Below the pieces are notes generated by a model. It did not search any database and was not told the DNA's origin. It saw only the letters and a program-made list of their open reading frames with translations. The position numbers were made by a program, and so were the translations under genes. A stretch of 64,000 nucleotides of DNA from the human T2T-CHM13v2.0 reference genome, Homo sapiens, in the NCBI RefSeq assembly GCF_009914755.1, contig NC_060947.1; one strand, given 5' to 3'. Below are positions 25,344-40,737 of the stretch, in pieces. The stretch's first letter is position 1. Every line of letters starts with the position of its first letter.

Positions 25344-25680
25344 AATACGGGAGTGCTGGGAAGCGAAGAGGGTAATTTCTTTCAATGATACGAGAGTGGG
25401 GAAGGGAAGTGCTAGGTAGAGGAGGGCTCCACCCCCACGGACCGAGGAGAGGTACTCCTGACTTCACGCCCAAATGTCGCATTTCCCAAGACCATCCTGG
25501 CCCACCACATCCCCATCCTGTGCCTATAAAAAGCCCCAAGACCCTAGCAGGCAGACACACAGCGGCTGGACGTTGAGAGGAGCAGATCAGCGGAAGAAGA
25601 CACAAGCTGCTGGATGTCGAGAGGAATGCACCAAAGGCACTGGCACACCAGCAGGCCACACACCAGCAGGCCACACACTG
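25344..25680 (+). mobile_element. LTR1/LTR28-family ERV1 LTR, 3'-truncated
   Basis: gtgctgggaag...ccaaatgtcgcatttcccaagacc...cctataaaa. CpG-retaining. Confidence 0.72.
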
Positions 25681-27580
<1,900 letters not shown>

Positions 27581-27892
27581 AATATATCCCACTTTCAATA
27601 GTGGGCAGAATATCCAGACTGAAGATCAGTAAGAAAATTGAAGACTTGAGCAACACAATAAACCACATGGACCTAATAGACATTTAAAACATCTCATCCA
27701 ACTGCAGCAGAATAAAATTCTTCTCAAGTATGCAGTAATCTTTCTTTAGGAGAGATCACAGGATGAGTCATAAAATAAATCTTAATAAAATTAGTAAAAT
27801 CACACCAAATATGTTTTCTGACCACAATGGAATAAAATTATAAATTAATAGCAGTATGAAAACTAAAAAAATCACAAATGTATGGAAATGGT
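27581..27892 (+). mobile_element. L1 ORF2 endonuclease fragment, inverted relative to its neighbour
   Basis: gaagatcagtaagaaaattgaagacttg...ttctgaccacaatggaataaaa. Confidence 0.75.
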
Positions 27893-28754
27893 TAAGTATT
27901 TTTGGTTATAAATATTTCTATTTTGTGAGTTCATTCTGTTACAAATAACTGTGCATTTGAATATTCCTTAACAAGTGTTGTGTCAAATGTGATAAAATTA
28001 CTCCTGATAAGCATTTCTAAATCTAAAGTACGTTTTAAGTTTGTATTTAATCAGTGTTTATTTTAATATATGTTATGTATGTAACATTTGTTCTTCCAAA
28101 TAACTTGGCATTTTAATCTAAGTCCTGAAAACTTCATAATTTGAGCTAAAGAGTTTATCAACCATCAACTAATTTCAATAATATGATAAATATTTAGATC
28201 TGAAGTATTCACCATTAAGTCTAAAATACAGATTCCTTAAAGATTTTAATAAAATTATGCTTGTTTCATTCTTCATAAATTTTACTTGTAAAATTAACAA
28301 GGTATGTTTTCATTGTTAAATATTTGGTGTTGCATCCTTTTTGCTAAAATTCTGTATGTCTATTTCAAATTTGTGTATATTAATGATCAGAACAAATGCC
28401 AAGAACATAATTCTAAGGGTACTTGGAGCTGATCTAGGGACCATTCCAAAATTTCTGTCACCAAGTGCTCCAATTTAACTAGGAAATTCAACCAAGGACA
28501 ATTCAAAGAGGAGGCTCAAAATCTGAGTGGCAAAATTTAATGTTACTATGTAGTAAACATTTGTACAAAATAGAACCTTGGTACAAATCTATATATTTAT
28601 GGGCAGAAAAATGGAGCGTTAAGATGTGTCGGATAGAAAAAAAAGGTGTTGTGAAAATGGAAATCAGGCCGTTCGGGTGGCTTTCTTATTTTATTAATGG
28701 CATGGATTTTTGAAATATTATTTTACAAAAATTCAAATGATATATTTTTAGATG

Positions 28755-29700
28755 TTATTTTATATTGTATACTTGAAAATTTTTAAGAGAGTGGACTTTA
28801 AAATTTTATTTTTTATTTTTAAATTTTAGATTTAGAGGGTGCAGGTGGAAGTTTGTTACATTGATATATTGTGTGATGCTGAGGTTCAGGCTTCTAATGA
28901 TCCTATTGCCCAAGTAGTGAACTATCCAATAGGTAGATTTTTAACCCTTGCCCTGCTCCCCATCCCCACTTTTAGAATCCCCAGTGTTTATTGTTACCAT
29001 CTTTGTGTCCGTGTTTACCCAATATTTAGCTCCAGCTCCCACTTATAAGTGAGAACAGGCACCATTTGTTTTTCTGTTTCTATGTTAATTTGCTTAAAAT
29101 AATGGCCTCCAGCTGCATCTATGTTGCAGCAAAAGACATGATTTTGTTTTATGGCTGCATAGTATTTTATAGCATATGTGTATCATGTATTCTTTACCAA
29201 TCCACCATTGACATGCACCCTGGTTGATTCCATATCTTTGCTATTGAGAATAGTGCTGCAATAAACATACAAGTGCAAGTGTCTTTTTGGTAGAATCATT
29301 TATTTTCCTTTGGATACATACTCAGTAATGGGATTTCTGGATCGAATGGTAGTTCTGTTTTAAATTGTTTGAGAAATCGCCAAACTGCTCTCCACAGTGA
29401 CTGAACTAATGTGTATTTCCACCAGCAGTGTATAAGCGTTCTCTTTTTTCCCCAACCTCAGCAGCATATTTTATTTTTTGACTTTTTAGCAATAGCCATT
29501 CTTACTTGTTAGTATCTCACTCTGGTTTTGATTTGCAAGAAGAGTAGAGTTTAAATGTTCTCACCACAAAAAAAGTAAGTATGTGAGGTAATGGATATAT
29601 AATTAGCTTGATTTAGCCATTTCACAACATACATGTATCAAAGCATCATGTTTCATACTCTAAATTTATACAATTTTATCAGGCAAAACATTAAATTTTA
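28755..29700 (+). mobile_element. L1MA 3' end interrupted by a younger antisense L1
   Basis: atattgtatacttgaaaat...aagagagtggactttaaa, then aagagtagagtttaaatgttctcaccac. Confidence 0.75.
28803..29537 (-). mobile_element. L1PA15/16-like 3' end
   Basis: Poly-T, gtttgttacattgatatattgtgtgatgctgagg, cccacttataagtgagaac. Confidence 0.85.
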
Positions 29701-30244
29701 AAAATTTTATGTGTTATTAATTCTCTGGAATTACAATAAAAGTTCACAAGCAAGCCTAATTTGGGTAGTCCCCCAAAACAATTTGCAAGACAAAAATGGT
29801 ATCAAAAATGACCTGCTTAGTTTAGTATAGCACCATAGTGGCACATGCAAAATAGTACATGTGGATACCAAGAACACACTAAAAATATGTATGTTGGAAA
29901 ACCACACTAAACACACACTGGTAGAAGGATATTTTCTCATTTTAAGGGAGCACACAGTGAAAGTCAGTAATGTAATGTTTTGGTGTAATTTGAGCTATAA
30001 TTATGATGTAATGAATTGAAAAATTTTAACTGCTGAAGCCAAATCTGTACTACATTTAAGGATTGAGGAGTGCCTTGCATATTATTCTCAAGATCCTTAA
30101 TAATTCCTCAATTTAAAACATTTGTGTTGATGAGGTTGCATAGAGAATGCATACCCTTAACCCTTGCAAGTATTCTAGCAAACAGGTTTCTATAGATCAT
30201 ATAAGTGAGAAAGAAAAATGTGATATATTGTGAAAGCTACTGTA

Positions 30245-30322
30245 TTTGGGTTGGTGCAAAAGTAATTGCGGATTTTGCCATTAAAAGTGGCAAAAACCAC
30301 AATTACTTTTGCACCAACCTAA
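30245..30322. mobile_element. MADE1 (Hsmar1 MITE)
   Basis: Near-perfect palindrome ttgggttggtgcaaaagtaattgc...caattacttttgcaccaacctaa with TA flanks. Confidence 0.93.
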
Positions 30323-30399
30323 TAACATACATTTATTTCTAATACTTAAATATAATACATTGTTAGCCTTACTAATAATACTACCACTACTTCTAGTAG

Positions 30400-30612
30400 T
30401 TATAATTTTGTCAATTCTTACAATATACCTGGAATAATACATACACTCTTTCATTCCTACAACAACCTCAAAAAGTACACATTTTTTATATTTTATAGAT
30501 AAAAGACTAGGGTTCAAAGAATTGAAGAAATTTGCCCAAATATCCTCAGTTACCAGGATATTTGAATGTTGGCCTGTCTGATTTTGAATTCTGTGCTCAT
30601 CACCACTGATAC
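30400..30612 (-). mobile_element. MIR
   Basis: ttcattcctacaacaacc...ttttatagataaaagactaggg...tttgcccaa. Confidence 0.6.
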
Positions 30613-30633
30613 TGTTATGGGTCAGTCATGTCA

Positions 30634-30947
<314 letters not shown>

Positions 30948-31499
30948 TAGTATGTGAAGCTGAGATATCATTTGTTATCAGAAAAATTGTTATCAACATT
31001 TTTTGAGAAACACTCAGTTATAGAGACAGGTACATAAAGCAAAAGGAGGTAAAGAAAAATTAAAAGAAGAAAAGGAAAGGGAAAAAAACTAGAGTTCAAA
31101 GAACAGAAACCAATATATAGCCAATATATTTGTACCAATGTATCACTATGTAGCCAATGATTAACCAAAATATTGAAATAAACTGAAATTACTTGCTTTC
31201 TGCTCTTGCAGTTGGTAAAACTGCTAGTGAATGATGTGAGAACTAGTAAACTTGGACAAACTTACTAAATCAAGTCAAACTATAAGTTTGAATATGATTT
31301 ATCATGTGAGATAGAAAGTACTATACAGGCTTTAAAGAAAAACAAAAGCAGGTTCAGTTGATAATATCAAAAAGGAATACTAAAAAGTCACCTAATGTCT
31401 TTCAAAGATAGGAAACCTGAATCTAAAAAAATATCAGTTAAATTTCATCTTCAAATAAGGTAAAATGAAATTATTTTAGATTGTGAAATGAGCTAAGTT

Positions 31500-32051
31500 A
31501 CATAGAAAGAACACAATTCCAAAGATGACTCAACAGTTTAACAAGCTGCCAAGCCATCGCTGTTTGCTGCCATCATTAAGTACCACCTAGACTAAATGGT
31601 GATCACTTTGGTCCAATGGTGTGTTAAGAGTCAGGACACAGACTGACTCATGAGATCCAACTGCACCCACCTCTCCCAACTCTGTGCCCAGTGATCACTG
31701 AAATATTGGTAGCATGCAATCAACAATGAAGGGAGTATTGATATCACAGAAATTAGAAAACCCTACAAGTCAAGTCTTTATATTTATGGAAAGCTATTTT
31801 GGTTAAACATTTACCAGCACACCACTACTTTGAGTTGAACAAATTTTGGAATTCTCTCCTTGTTTCATGATTCTCTGAGTGTGTCTTGAGTCTATGATCA
31901 CAAAATCTATACAGACAATCTGTTTTGTGGAACATTATTTTAGGGAATAAAGGGGAGATTACAGAGTTGTGGAAAAAGAATGGGTACTGTATCCATAGAG
32001 GTCAATTATTGTAGAATTAAATAGATGATCAGCTGGTATATTAACATCTCA
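31500..32051 (-). pseudogene. Pseudo-exon (module 2 block III), apparently split by MER63
   Basis: Acceptor ttaaccttcttag|. Reads DVNIPADHLFNSTIIDLYGYSTHSFSTTL*SPLYSLK*CSTKQIVCI. Lower boundary uncertain. Confidence 0.42.
31614..31827. mobile_element. MER63-like hAT-Blackjack
   Basis: Termini caatggtgtgtt / ttaaacatttaccagcacaccacta. Degenerate 8-bp TSD ctttggtc/ctttgagt. Confidence 0.7.
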
Positions 32052-32399
32052 CTAAGAAGGTTAAAATAATCTGATTATGATTAGTTTTGTTTATTTTGAT
32101 TATTGATTCAATTATTTGATAATTTGTTATTTCAACTTTCACCCCAGTTGTTACTCTCTGTTACTTCAAATCCAAATCCAAATCAATTGATTGTGCCGCA
32201 TATAAATTTGACTGATACACAAATGTTTAATATGTGATGTCTAGTATCTTCAATGTGTATAGTTTTTGTTACTATTATTGATTGTCTGCTCACTCAAAAA
32301 TTGGAAATGTATCAGGATAAATGCCTGTCATTAGTCAGTTAAATGAAGCACTTGAGCAAGATAAAGAATGATTTCCCCTTAGTAGTGACCTTAGAAATG

Positions 32400-32696
32400 T
32401 ATTTATTACATGAGTACATTATAGGAGCATCAAATCATATAATGGAGCATGTCATTGATGCTGTTTTTCAAAAACTGCATAAAATCACATCAAACGGATT
32501 ACACTAAAAGCCCAGGCTTTACCCTACACAGTATATACACATAACAAACCTACACTTGAACCACCTTAATTTATACAAAAAAACTATATTTTGTTATCAA
32601 TGCTTTTAATAGCCCAGCTGTGAGGAAAGCAAGATGGCACTGTCCTTCAGGTTCACATAGATCAATTTCTTTATGTGCTTTATAGCCATAGTTTCC
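32400..32696 (-). pseudogene. Pseudo-exon (module 2 esterase block I), split by a short L1 3' fragment
   Basis: Acceptor gccctag|. Reads GNYGYKAHKEIDLCEPEGQCHLAFLT, then after a frameshift and removal of the L1, IDNKI*FLKNSINDMLHY (GDS-position remnant). Confidence 0.5.
32481..32578 (+). mobile_element. Very short L1 (PB4/MA-like) 3' end
   Basis: tacactaaaagcccagg...ataacaaacctacacttg followed by an A tail. TSD aaaaactgcat/aaaaactatat. Confidence 0.65.
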
Positions 32697-32790
32697 CTAG
32701 GGCATTTACATGATGGGAGAGGGGAAGTTATTAAATAATATTATAGGAAAAGTACAGAAGTGTTGTTACTTTAGTTTCTATTTCTAGTAC

Positions 32791-33070
32791 CTATTTATTA
32801 ATATATTTTTATAAAGGGATTCAGGCTGAGAGGCAATATATAGGAAAGAGTCTATAATTTCTGAACCTCTCTAGGGATAGGGACTGAACTGTTTAGATCT
32901 GGGATATGAGCACAGAATCTAAATTTAATTTTAGGAGTTACTTCAAAATAGTTCCTCAGCAGGATAAATTCACAGACAAAATAAAATAAGACAAGACACT
33001 TTTCAGTGTGTATTATGCCTACCACTCTTTTCAAAATAATATCTATTTTTCAACAGATATCAATGTACAT
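32791..33070 (-). pseudogene. Pseudo-exon
   Basis: MYIDIC*KIDIILKRVVGIIHTEKCLV... parallels the 10629-10730 exon (YVDI*EK...INTRCLL). Lower boundary uncertain. Confidence 0.4.
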
Positions 33071-33256
33071 CTTTAAATATCCAAATGTAATTTAACACAT
33101 AAGTGAAATATATTCTATGGTTATAATTTTGAAAATGAAACTTCTGGAGAAACTAAATAACTTATTAATAACAAATATGTGATTCCAGCTATTCAACTTG
33201 TCCTACTCAAAAATCATTTATTGTATTACAATAGATGTATCTTTTTTAATACTTAC

Positions 33257-33455
33257 TGGTTTGCTACAAGTTTCTATTACACAGTGAGCCTGGTAAATAT
33301 CATGCAGATGAAATCTCTAAGAACGTACAGTGAATAGGAGGTAACTGTCTTCTGTATCTGTTGCTTAGGGTTCAGACTCTATCAGATAAGTTTTCCAAAA
33401 TGCTGCCATTCTTTAGCAGGATTCTTAATGTAAATTTATCAAATTCAATCTTCAG
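33257..33455 (-). pseudogene. Pseudo-exon (module 1 end / module 2 Ig-like start)
   Basis: Acceptor ttctgttgatttccag|, donor cca|gtaagt. Frame AFWKTYLIESEP*ATDTEDSYLLFTVRS*RFHLHDIYQAHCVIETCSKP. Confidence 0.55.
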
Positions 33456-33641
33456 CTGGAAATCAACAGAATGTCTTAAGGAAAATATTAAATTAGTCAT
33501 CCACATCAATCTTTTATTTTAAAACAATCAAGCAAATAAAACAGCATACAAATGAATATAAACACTTTCAATGTAAGAGATGAAGCTTGAGGCTGATAAT
33601 GCTGTAACTGAGAATACAGTTAATGATCCAGTTCAATAAAC

Positions 33642-33707
33642 CTTCTGTGTAACAGCACATGCAATATTTTGCCCAAGGCCTAGCATATGTGCTGAAAGTG
33701 TGCAAAA
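33642..33707 (-). pseudogene. Pseudo-exon, 66 bp
   Basis: Acceptor ctctaattatag|, donor aag|gtttat. Phase-1 frame LHTFSTYARPWAKYCMCCYTE has no stop. Confidence 0.5.
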
Positions 33708-33911
33708 CTATAATTAGAGTATAAGCCAATCTGCTTTGTGATTGCATTGGGTAGCATGGAAAGTGTGTTGCTTGATTATGAAAACAGAATGCAGTGTAAT
33801 GTGGCTACTTGTTCTTCTGCATGGGAAAAAAGTATTCCTGGCAATGATTTTTATACCATTTCAAAATTGCTAGCGTGATTAGATGATACTCAAAGAAAAC
33901 CAACTACTTAT

Positions 33912-34169
33912 GCACATTTTGGACAGATAGGCTTTTTCCAATATAGGCTCTGATGTTATAGAAATAAGGAACTACTCAAATCCCCTGACACATTCCCCGC
34001 AAGGCATTCCAAATGTTGCCTTTTTCACTGCCTTAAATTAGCATTGTTCTATAGCTTTCTGCTTTAGGTCTTTTACTGGTAGCTCACCTGCTGTCACTCT
34101 GCCTCATTACATAGTATTCATGGTAGGCATCCTGCTGATCAAATATCCATATTTTTACATGACAACAAT
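33912..34169 (-). pseudogene. Pseudo-exon, 258 bp, phase 1-1
   Basis: Acceptor ctttatcactag|, decayed donor |ataagt. Reads CCHVKIWIFDQQDAYHEYYVMRQSDSR*...GI*VVPYFYNIRAYIGKSLSVQNV (3 stops in 85 codons). Confidence 0.55.
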
Positions 34170-34183
34170 CTAGTGATAAAGAT

Positions 34184-34265
34184 GCACATGAAATGAGCAA
34201 TAAACTCCTCAGAATAAGTTAGAGGCATATGAAATAAGCAATAAGCTTTTTAGAATAAGTTAAAG
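34184..34265 (+). repeat. Diverged 41-bp tandem duplication
   Basis: gcacatgaaatgagcaataaactcctcagaataagttagag / gcatatgaaataagcaataagctttttagaataagttaaag. Confidence 0.85.
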
Positions 34266-34864
34266 TAATGCACTCAAATATTTCAGTAATTAAGGGTAGT
34301 TGTTAAAGCGGAGTAACATGTGCACTAATAGTTTAAACTCAAAGAATTTTAGAAAAAGAGAAATAAAAAAATTATAAAGGAGTTACTGTGTTACTGCTAC
34401 CTAGGTCCTAAAAGCTACTATGGTTTTTGTTTCTTAGAAGGCCTGGCTTTACTTCAAGTCTAAACTATCTGCATATGCTTTAAAATAATTATTTATCTCC
34501 CCCATACTTTTGGTGTTTCTGCTTCTGTTACTTGCACTTAAATAAACCTATCTGATATATATAATTTTTAAAACCTCTATGAAATAAATACCATATTAAT
34601 CTGTGTGAGATCACCTGGACTTTAAACAGGAAAACTGAAATGGTCAATTAATCAGATTCTTTGAATATCTTTGCCCTTCTTCTGACAAAAGATAATCAAA
34701 AGCTTTGCCATCCTGTTATAAAACGTAAGTAATTGGATTACCAAATAGCTCTTGGCATGTTCCTTCTTGTAAGCAAAGTGATAAAATCCTGATAAAAATT
34801 TGGGTCTGACACAAGGACCATGTGTTTTCTTTCCAATAACCCTATATTCACTCTCCCCTAAGTA

Positions 34865-35536
<672 letters not shown>

Positions 35537-36499
35537 TACTGTCTCATATGTGGCAGGCTTTAATATTCACAATGATTTTATATTTAGTAATTGATATTGC
35601 TTCAAGAGCAAATACAACTTCTTGTTTACAAATAGGTTTTTCTTTAATTTGTAATTTTGGTTTTGCAAACTTAAAATTACAATGAATTTCTCATGTTCAA
35701 TTATGTGCCAGATAATATACAAAATTTTTGATTTTCCCCTTCTGACTCTTCTGACTCCTCTCAATATTCAGAAAATTAGCCTTGTGATCCAGCTATAGGA
35801 ACTGTGGTTTTGAGATGTTTTCATATATATTGCTTAGTACAATATATTGTTTTAATATATACATAAACCTTCACATCTAAATGCTTAGGTACCCAGTGGA
35901 AAGTTTAGAATAAAAAATAATGTGGGCAAATTCTGTTGTAAAGCAAAAGTTGAGGCTGTAATTTACTGTTTTCATAAATCAACACTGTCCTCTTGTGGTT
36001 TACTTAAATTGAAAATTATCTGTAGTTAGAGTTTCACATGCTTATTGAGAACCTTCCATTTTCAGGGTGCTTTTAGAGGATTTGGGATTAGAATAGTGTT
36101 AAAACCTAAAAGGTCTCTGCTCTCATAGATTTATAGTCCAGCAAAGGATGGTTTCCACTGATAAAGGACACCTGTTGTGGACTTCACATGAATGAGAAAG
36201 AAATTTCTATTGTATTAAACCCATGATTTTTCAGTGATCATCTATTATAGCAGCTAGTATCACACAGGACAGTCACTAATTTGCAAACACCCTCAGTACC
36301 TATCCCCCTCACCTTTCACTGTGTTCACCTAGTAAAACTTTAATTCTTGCTATATTTAGCTTCACCAACTGTATGCCAACCTGCAAGAGAGCACCTGAAA
36401 GTGATGGGAAAAAAAAAAAAACACCACACACACAAACATTTTGTCTGAACTTGCTTTTATATTGATGTCCATTCAGATAAAGTAGGAAATTAAAGATGC

Positions 36500-38410
36500 C
36501 CAGCAATTCTACTCCATTTGCTAGTTAATCCATTCTTCCACTCCCCTACGTGGTGACAATTTCACATATCTTTCACCCTTCTCATTTTTCACTGATGACC
36601 TTCTGTTGTGCCAGACCCCTATTAACTTCAGTAGGGATGGCACCAGGTTTGAAAGGCCAGAGAAGAGACCCAGAGCCAGCGAACAAGACATGGGGTTTAT
36701 TGGGAACTTATATACAGGGATGGTCCAGTGGCTGTGGGCTGGACAGTAGAACCACCATCACCTGCAGATAGTATGTCATTTATATAACATTTTCACTTAA
36801 CACCCTCCCTCTAGCAACTTCCATGTGGCAACGCTCATTTCTTATGTTAAATTATTGCTGTCAGCTGTGTCTGCCAGCGAGCGTATGCTAACGTTATTGC
36901 TGTCAGGTGCATCTACCATACATCTTCCTTTCTATTTTTCTAAGAAAATAGAAGCGATTAGAAAATAATAGAATTCCACGTTCCTCCAACATCAGTTATA
37001 CCTTCTAACATCTCTACCTATACACCCTGCCTTTCTTCCTGTTGGAAGGATCAACCATTGATGCTTCTACTGTAGACTAACTACTTCTCTTATTCTCCAG
37101 ATTGCAACTCACTTTACTTGCACATATAACATGGCTCCTATAGTTGTCTCTTTTCTCTGCAGATTCATCATGGTTGTTTTTCTTTTCTACTGAATCATTT
37201 GCATCAGGATACCAACAAGCTATAATTTCTGTCATCATTAAAAACACTCCCTTGACTTCACATCACTTTCTAGCTAGCTGCCACAACATTTCTCTGCTTT
37301 CCTTACAGCAAAATACCTAGAAATAATTTTCCATATATGCCGTCTTTGTTTTTCTTAAATATTCTCACTGACTGCATTCCAATCAGGCTTTTGTGCCCTC
37401 CATTTTTCTGAAAATACTGCTTGTCACAGTCATAAAGGACTTCCATGTTGCCTAATCTAAGAGTCACCTTTTGGTCTTTATCTTATTTAACCATTCAGCC
37501 ACATTTAACCAGGTTGATCCCTCTCTTCCAGAAGTATTTGTCTCCTTTGGCCTCATGAACATTCTCAGTTATCTTTCTACCTTCCTGACTGGTCATTCTT
37601 TTTCTGATTCCTAAATATTGGAGTGCTTTAGTCCTGAACTATTGGAACTTCTTCCTTTTCTGTCCACATTCACTTCTTATTTCATTTCATCTAGTATGTG
37701 ACTTTAAACACATTTATTTATTTATTGATATAGGTGGTATTTAAAGTCATACACTGGATGAAATAAAATAAGACATTAGGACACATTTTTATCTTTAGCC
37801 TTATCTATCCCCTGAAATCCAGACTTTTATTCAACTCTTGATTTAATATTTCTACCTAACATGTCTAGTAGGCATCTCAAACTTGACATGTGCCCAAATG
37901 AACTCTTGAGTTCTCTCCTCTAAAATTGTACTCTTGGTTACTTATTCTTCTCAGTAAATGGCAACTCCCCGCTACCATTGCCCAGACTAATACATTGCAG
38001 CTGTGCATAATTCCTCTCTTTTTCAAATCCCTCTGTGACCTGGCCCTCATCTTCACTACTTCTCTCACCTCATTTCTATTCCTGAAATACATGAAGCATG
38101 TTGCTACCTTAGCGCTTTTACATTTTACTGCCATTTCCCACCAGACGACTTTCCTTCTAACTGCATTCATGTCTCTACACACTTCTCACCTGCTCGGAGA
38201 TGTATTTCCTGGCCTTCCTATATAAAATACCATTGTTTTCCTTTTAGCATTTAGCACCATCTGACATATTATATATTTGTTTATTGTCCGCCTTCCTATA
38301 ATAAAGTGTTAGCTCCATGAGGGCACAATTTTACAAGCTTTATTCACTGCTGTTTTACTAATACTTGGCAAATGGTAGATAGTAAATGTCTATAATAAAT
38401 GACTAAATGG
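36500..38410 (+). mobile_element. L2a (about 1.6 kb, interrupted)
   Basis: ccaatcaggcttttgtgccc, catgtctagtaggcatctcaaacttgacatgt, agctccatgagggcac...ttcactgctg. Confidence 0.8.
36604..36922 (-). mobile_element. LTR18-like ERVL solo LTR
   Basis: Minus strand starts tgtatggtagatgcacctgacagcaataac. TSD ccttc/tcttc. Confidence 0.75.
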
Positions 38411-38873
38411 GTAGATAAATAACAAAAAAGATGACTATATCTGGAATATAGCAAGCAAAAGAGCATAGAGAACAGGATGGAGGGATAGGAAGGGGCCAGA
38501 TTTACATAGTCATTTTTAGGCCATTATAACCACTGTGGACTTTTTTAAAAAGTATAATATTAGCTACTTACTACTTGTAGGAACTCTGCTAGGAATGAGT
38601 GTGTATGTGTTTATGTGTGTGTGTTGGAAGGGTTGCAAAGAGAAGGAAGTCATGTTTTCTCACAATACAAAAGGATACTCTGGTTTGTAAAGAAAACAAT
38701 AACTAATGGTTTCTTGAAGGAACAAAGAAAACTGGAAGAACAAAGTTCTTCTCAAATAGTTGTCATGTTAATAAAAGCAGAGTACATATGTGAAATACTT
38801 TTGTGAATTGTAAAGGTAGTGCTTACAGCATTTGGCCATTCAGACACACACACATGCCCTGCACAGTGCCTTA

Positions 38874-39263
38874 TGTCAGGCCTCTGAGCCCAAGCTAAGC
38901 CATCATTTCTCCTGTAACCTGCACGTATACATCCAGATGGCCTGAAGCAAGTGAAGAATCACAAAAGAAGTGAAAATGGCCAGTTCCTGCCTTAACTGAT
39001 GACATTACCTTATGAAATTCCTTCTCCTGGCTCAGAAGCTCCCCCACTGAGCACCTTGTGACCCCTGCCCCTGCCCGCCAGAGAACAACCCCCTTTGACT
39101 GTAATTTTCCACTACCTACCCAAATCCTATAAAATGGCCCCACCCCTATCTCCCTTCGCTGACTCTCTTTTTGGACTCAGCCCGCCTGCACCCAGGTGAT
39201 TAAAAAGCTTTATTGCTCACACAAAGCCTGTTTGATGGTCTCTTCACACGGATGCATGTGATA
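38874..39263 (+). mobile_element. LTR7-family (LTR7B-like, HERV-H) solo LTR
   Basis: tgtcaggcctctgagcccaagctaagcc start, cctataaaa TATA, attaaa signal, exact TSD cctta. Confidence 0.93.
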
Positions 39264-39904
39264 CCTTATAAATGTTAGATGCTAAATAAATGTCTTTATA
39301 ATAAATTTATGAGGAAATGTCATCATTAGTATTAATAGGAAATGCTCCTAATAACAATATGCAAGAAGTAGATAGAAGTTAAAAAGTAACCAGTGCACTG
39401 CATCATAATATGTATTTCAAATGTCCCAAAAAGTTTTTCTTAAAGACATTTTTGCTTAAATTCTAATTTCATGAGTACACTCAGCTTATACCAGTGACTA
39501 TGACTGCCCCAAACCACTCCAAGCTGCCTAAAATGATTGAAGTAGAAAATGTTTTAAATATAAATTTACTAGAGTTGGATAATGGCAATTATATTGTTGT
39601 TTTATATTTTCTTTAATCTGTTTTAATTAAGGTAAGCATCATTTTCCAAATACACAATTGCCATTCTTATTTCAGATTTACAATAGTTCAATGTATCATC
39701 AATATATACGCATTTTGTGAATGTTTCTACTTTTATAATAAGTTGCTTTTCCTTCATTGGCTTCTATGACAGTAGTCTTTCCTTGATTTCCCAAAACTCA
39801 ATTTATTCATTTGTTCTTTATCATTAAGTAACTATATATTGGATAACTACTATATATAAGGCATAATGTTGGGTACTGGAGGATACAAATGTGAATATGA
39901 TGGG

Positions 39905-40170
39905 AGGCTGTACAGTGAAGTAGTTCAGGTTATGGACACCTGTGTCAGATGGCCTGGGTCAACAGGCCAACTCTGGAATCCACTAACTTTGACGTTGGGT
40001 AAACTATTTAATATCTCTTTGAACCAGTTTTCCCACAGATAAAATAAGAGTAATAATAGTGCCTAACTCATGTATTTTTAATGAAAAACAAAGGAATTAA
40101 TTAGTGCATGTGAAGCATTTAGAACAGAACCTGGCATATGGAAAGCACTCAATAAATGATGTTACTAATA
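39905..40170 (+). mobile_element. MIR, near full length
   Basis: cagatggcctgggt...gcatttagaacagaacctggcata...gcactcaataaatg. Confidence 0.8.
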
Positions 40171-40737
40171 ACAAAATGCCCTGCCAGTATTGCTCAGAAC
40201 GTAACTGAGAAAAGTCAGACAAAAGGAAATTAGTATAATACACACGCTACATCTGAGCTATGTAGTGGACACTTATTGCTTTTTGTCATTAATTCATCTT
40301 CTTTTGTCTATTCCTAAAATATGGGATCCACATTTTCTTCCTGGTTGATTTCATCTAGTTTCATGGTTTCATTTATCGACTCTTTGCATATACATTTTAA
40401 CTGTGTCATAAAGAATTATTATAATTTTCCTGAGAGAAAAGCCTTGTTTTATATGTCTTTTATGACTTTCACAGTACAGTAAATATTGGGACTCAGTAAA
40501 TACTTGCCGAGTTGATTTTATATCACTTGGCTGAAAAGACATAGTCTCTGAATAGGAATATAGTAGTACAAGTAAAAGTACTTTGAATCATGCATAGCAA
40601 CAACTATATTTTTAGTGTGAAGCTCTCCAAATCTATGTTTGTGTGATTATTGACTAAATTTTTTATTTTGCTTACTCCAATAGTTGGTACCCCAGTTGCA
40701 TAGGATGTTAACTGTTTCTTTTTGTAGTACTTTAATT

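Noticed and set aside
31195-31290. Plus-strand acceptor ttgctttctgctcttgcag
   Set aside because: Isolated, with no convincing donor, partner exons or sustained reading frame.
33912-34169. WD40 reading of VKIWIFD / GSEKGNIW
   Set aside because: No regular WD periodicity, and neighbouring exons fit PC-esterase motif order better.
34184-34265. CRISPR-like repeat
   Set aside because: Two abutting diverged copies, no spacers, eukaryotic context.
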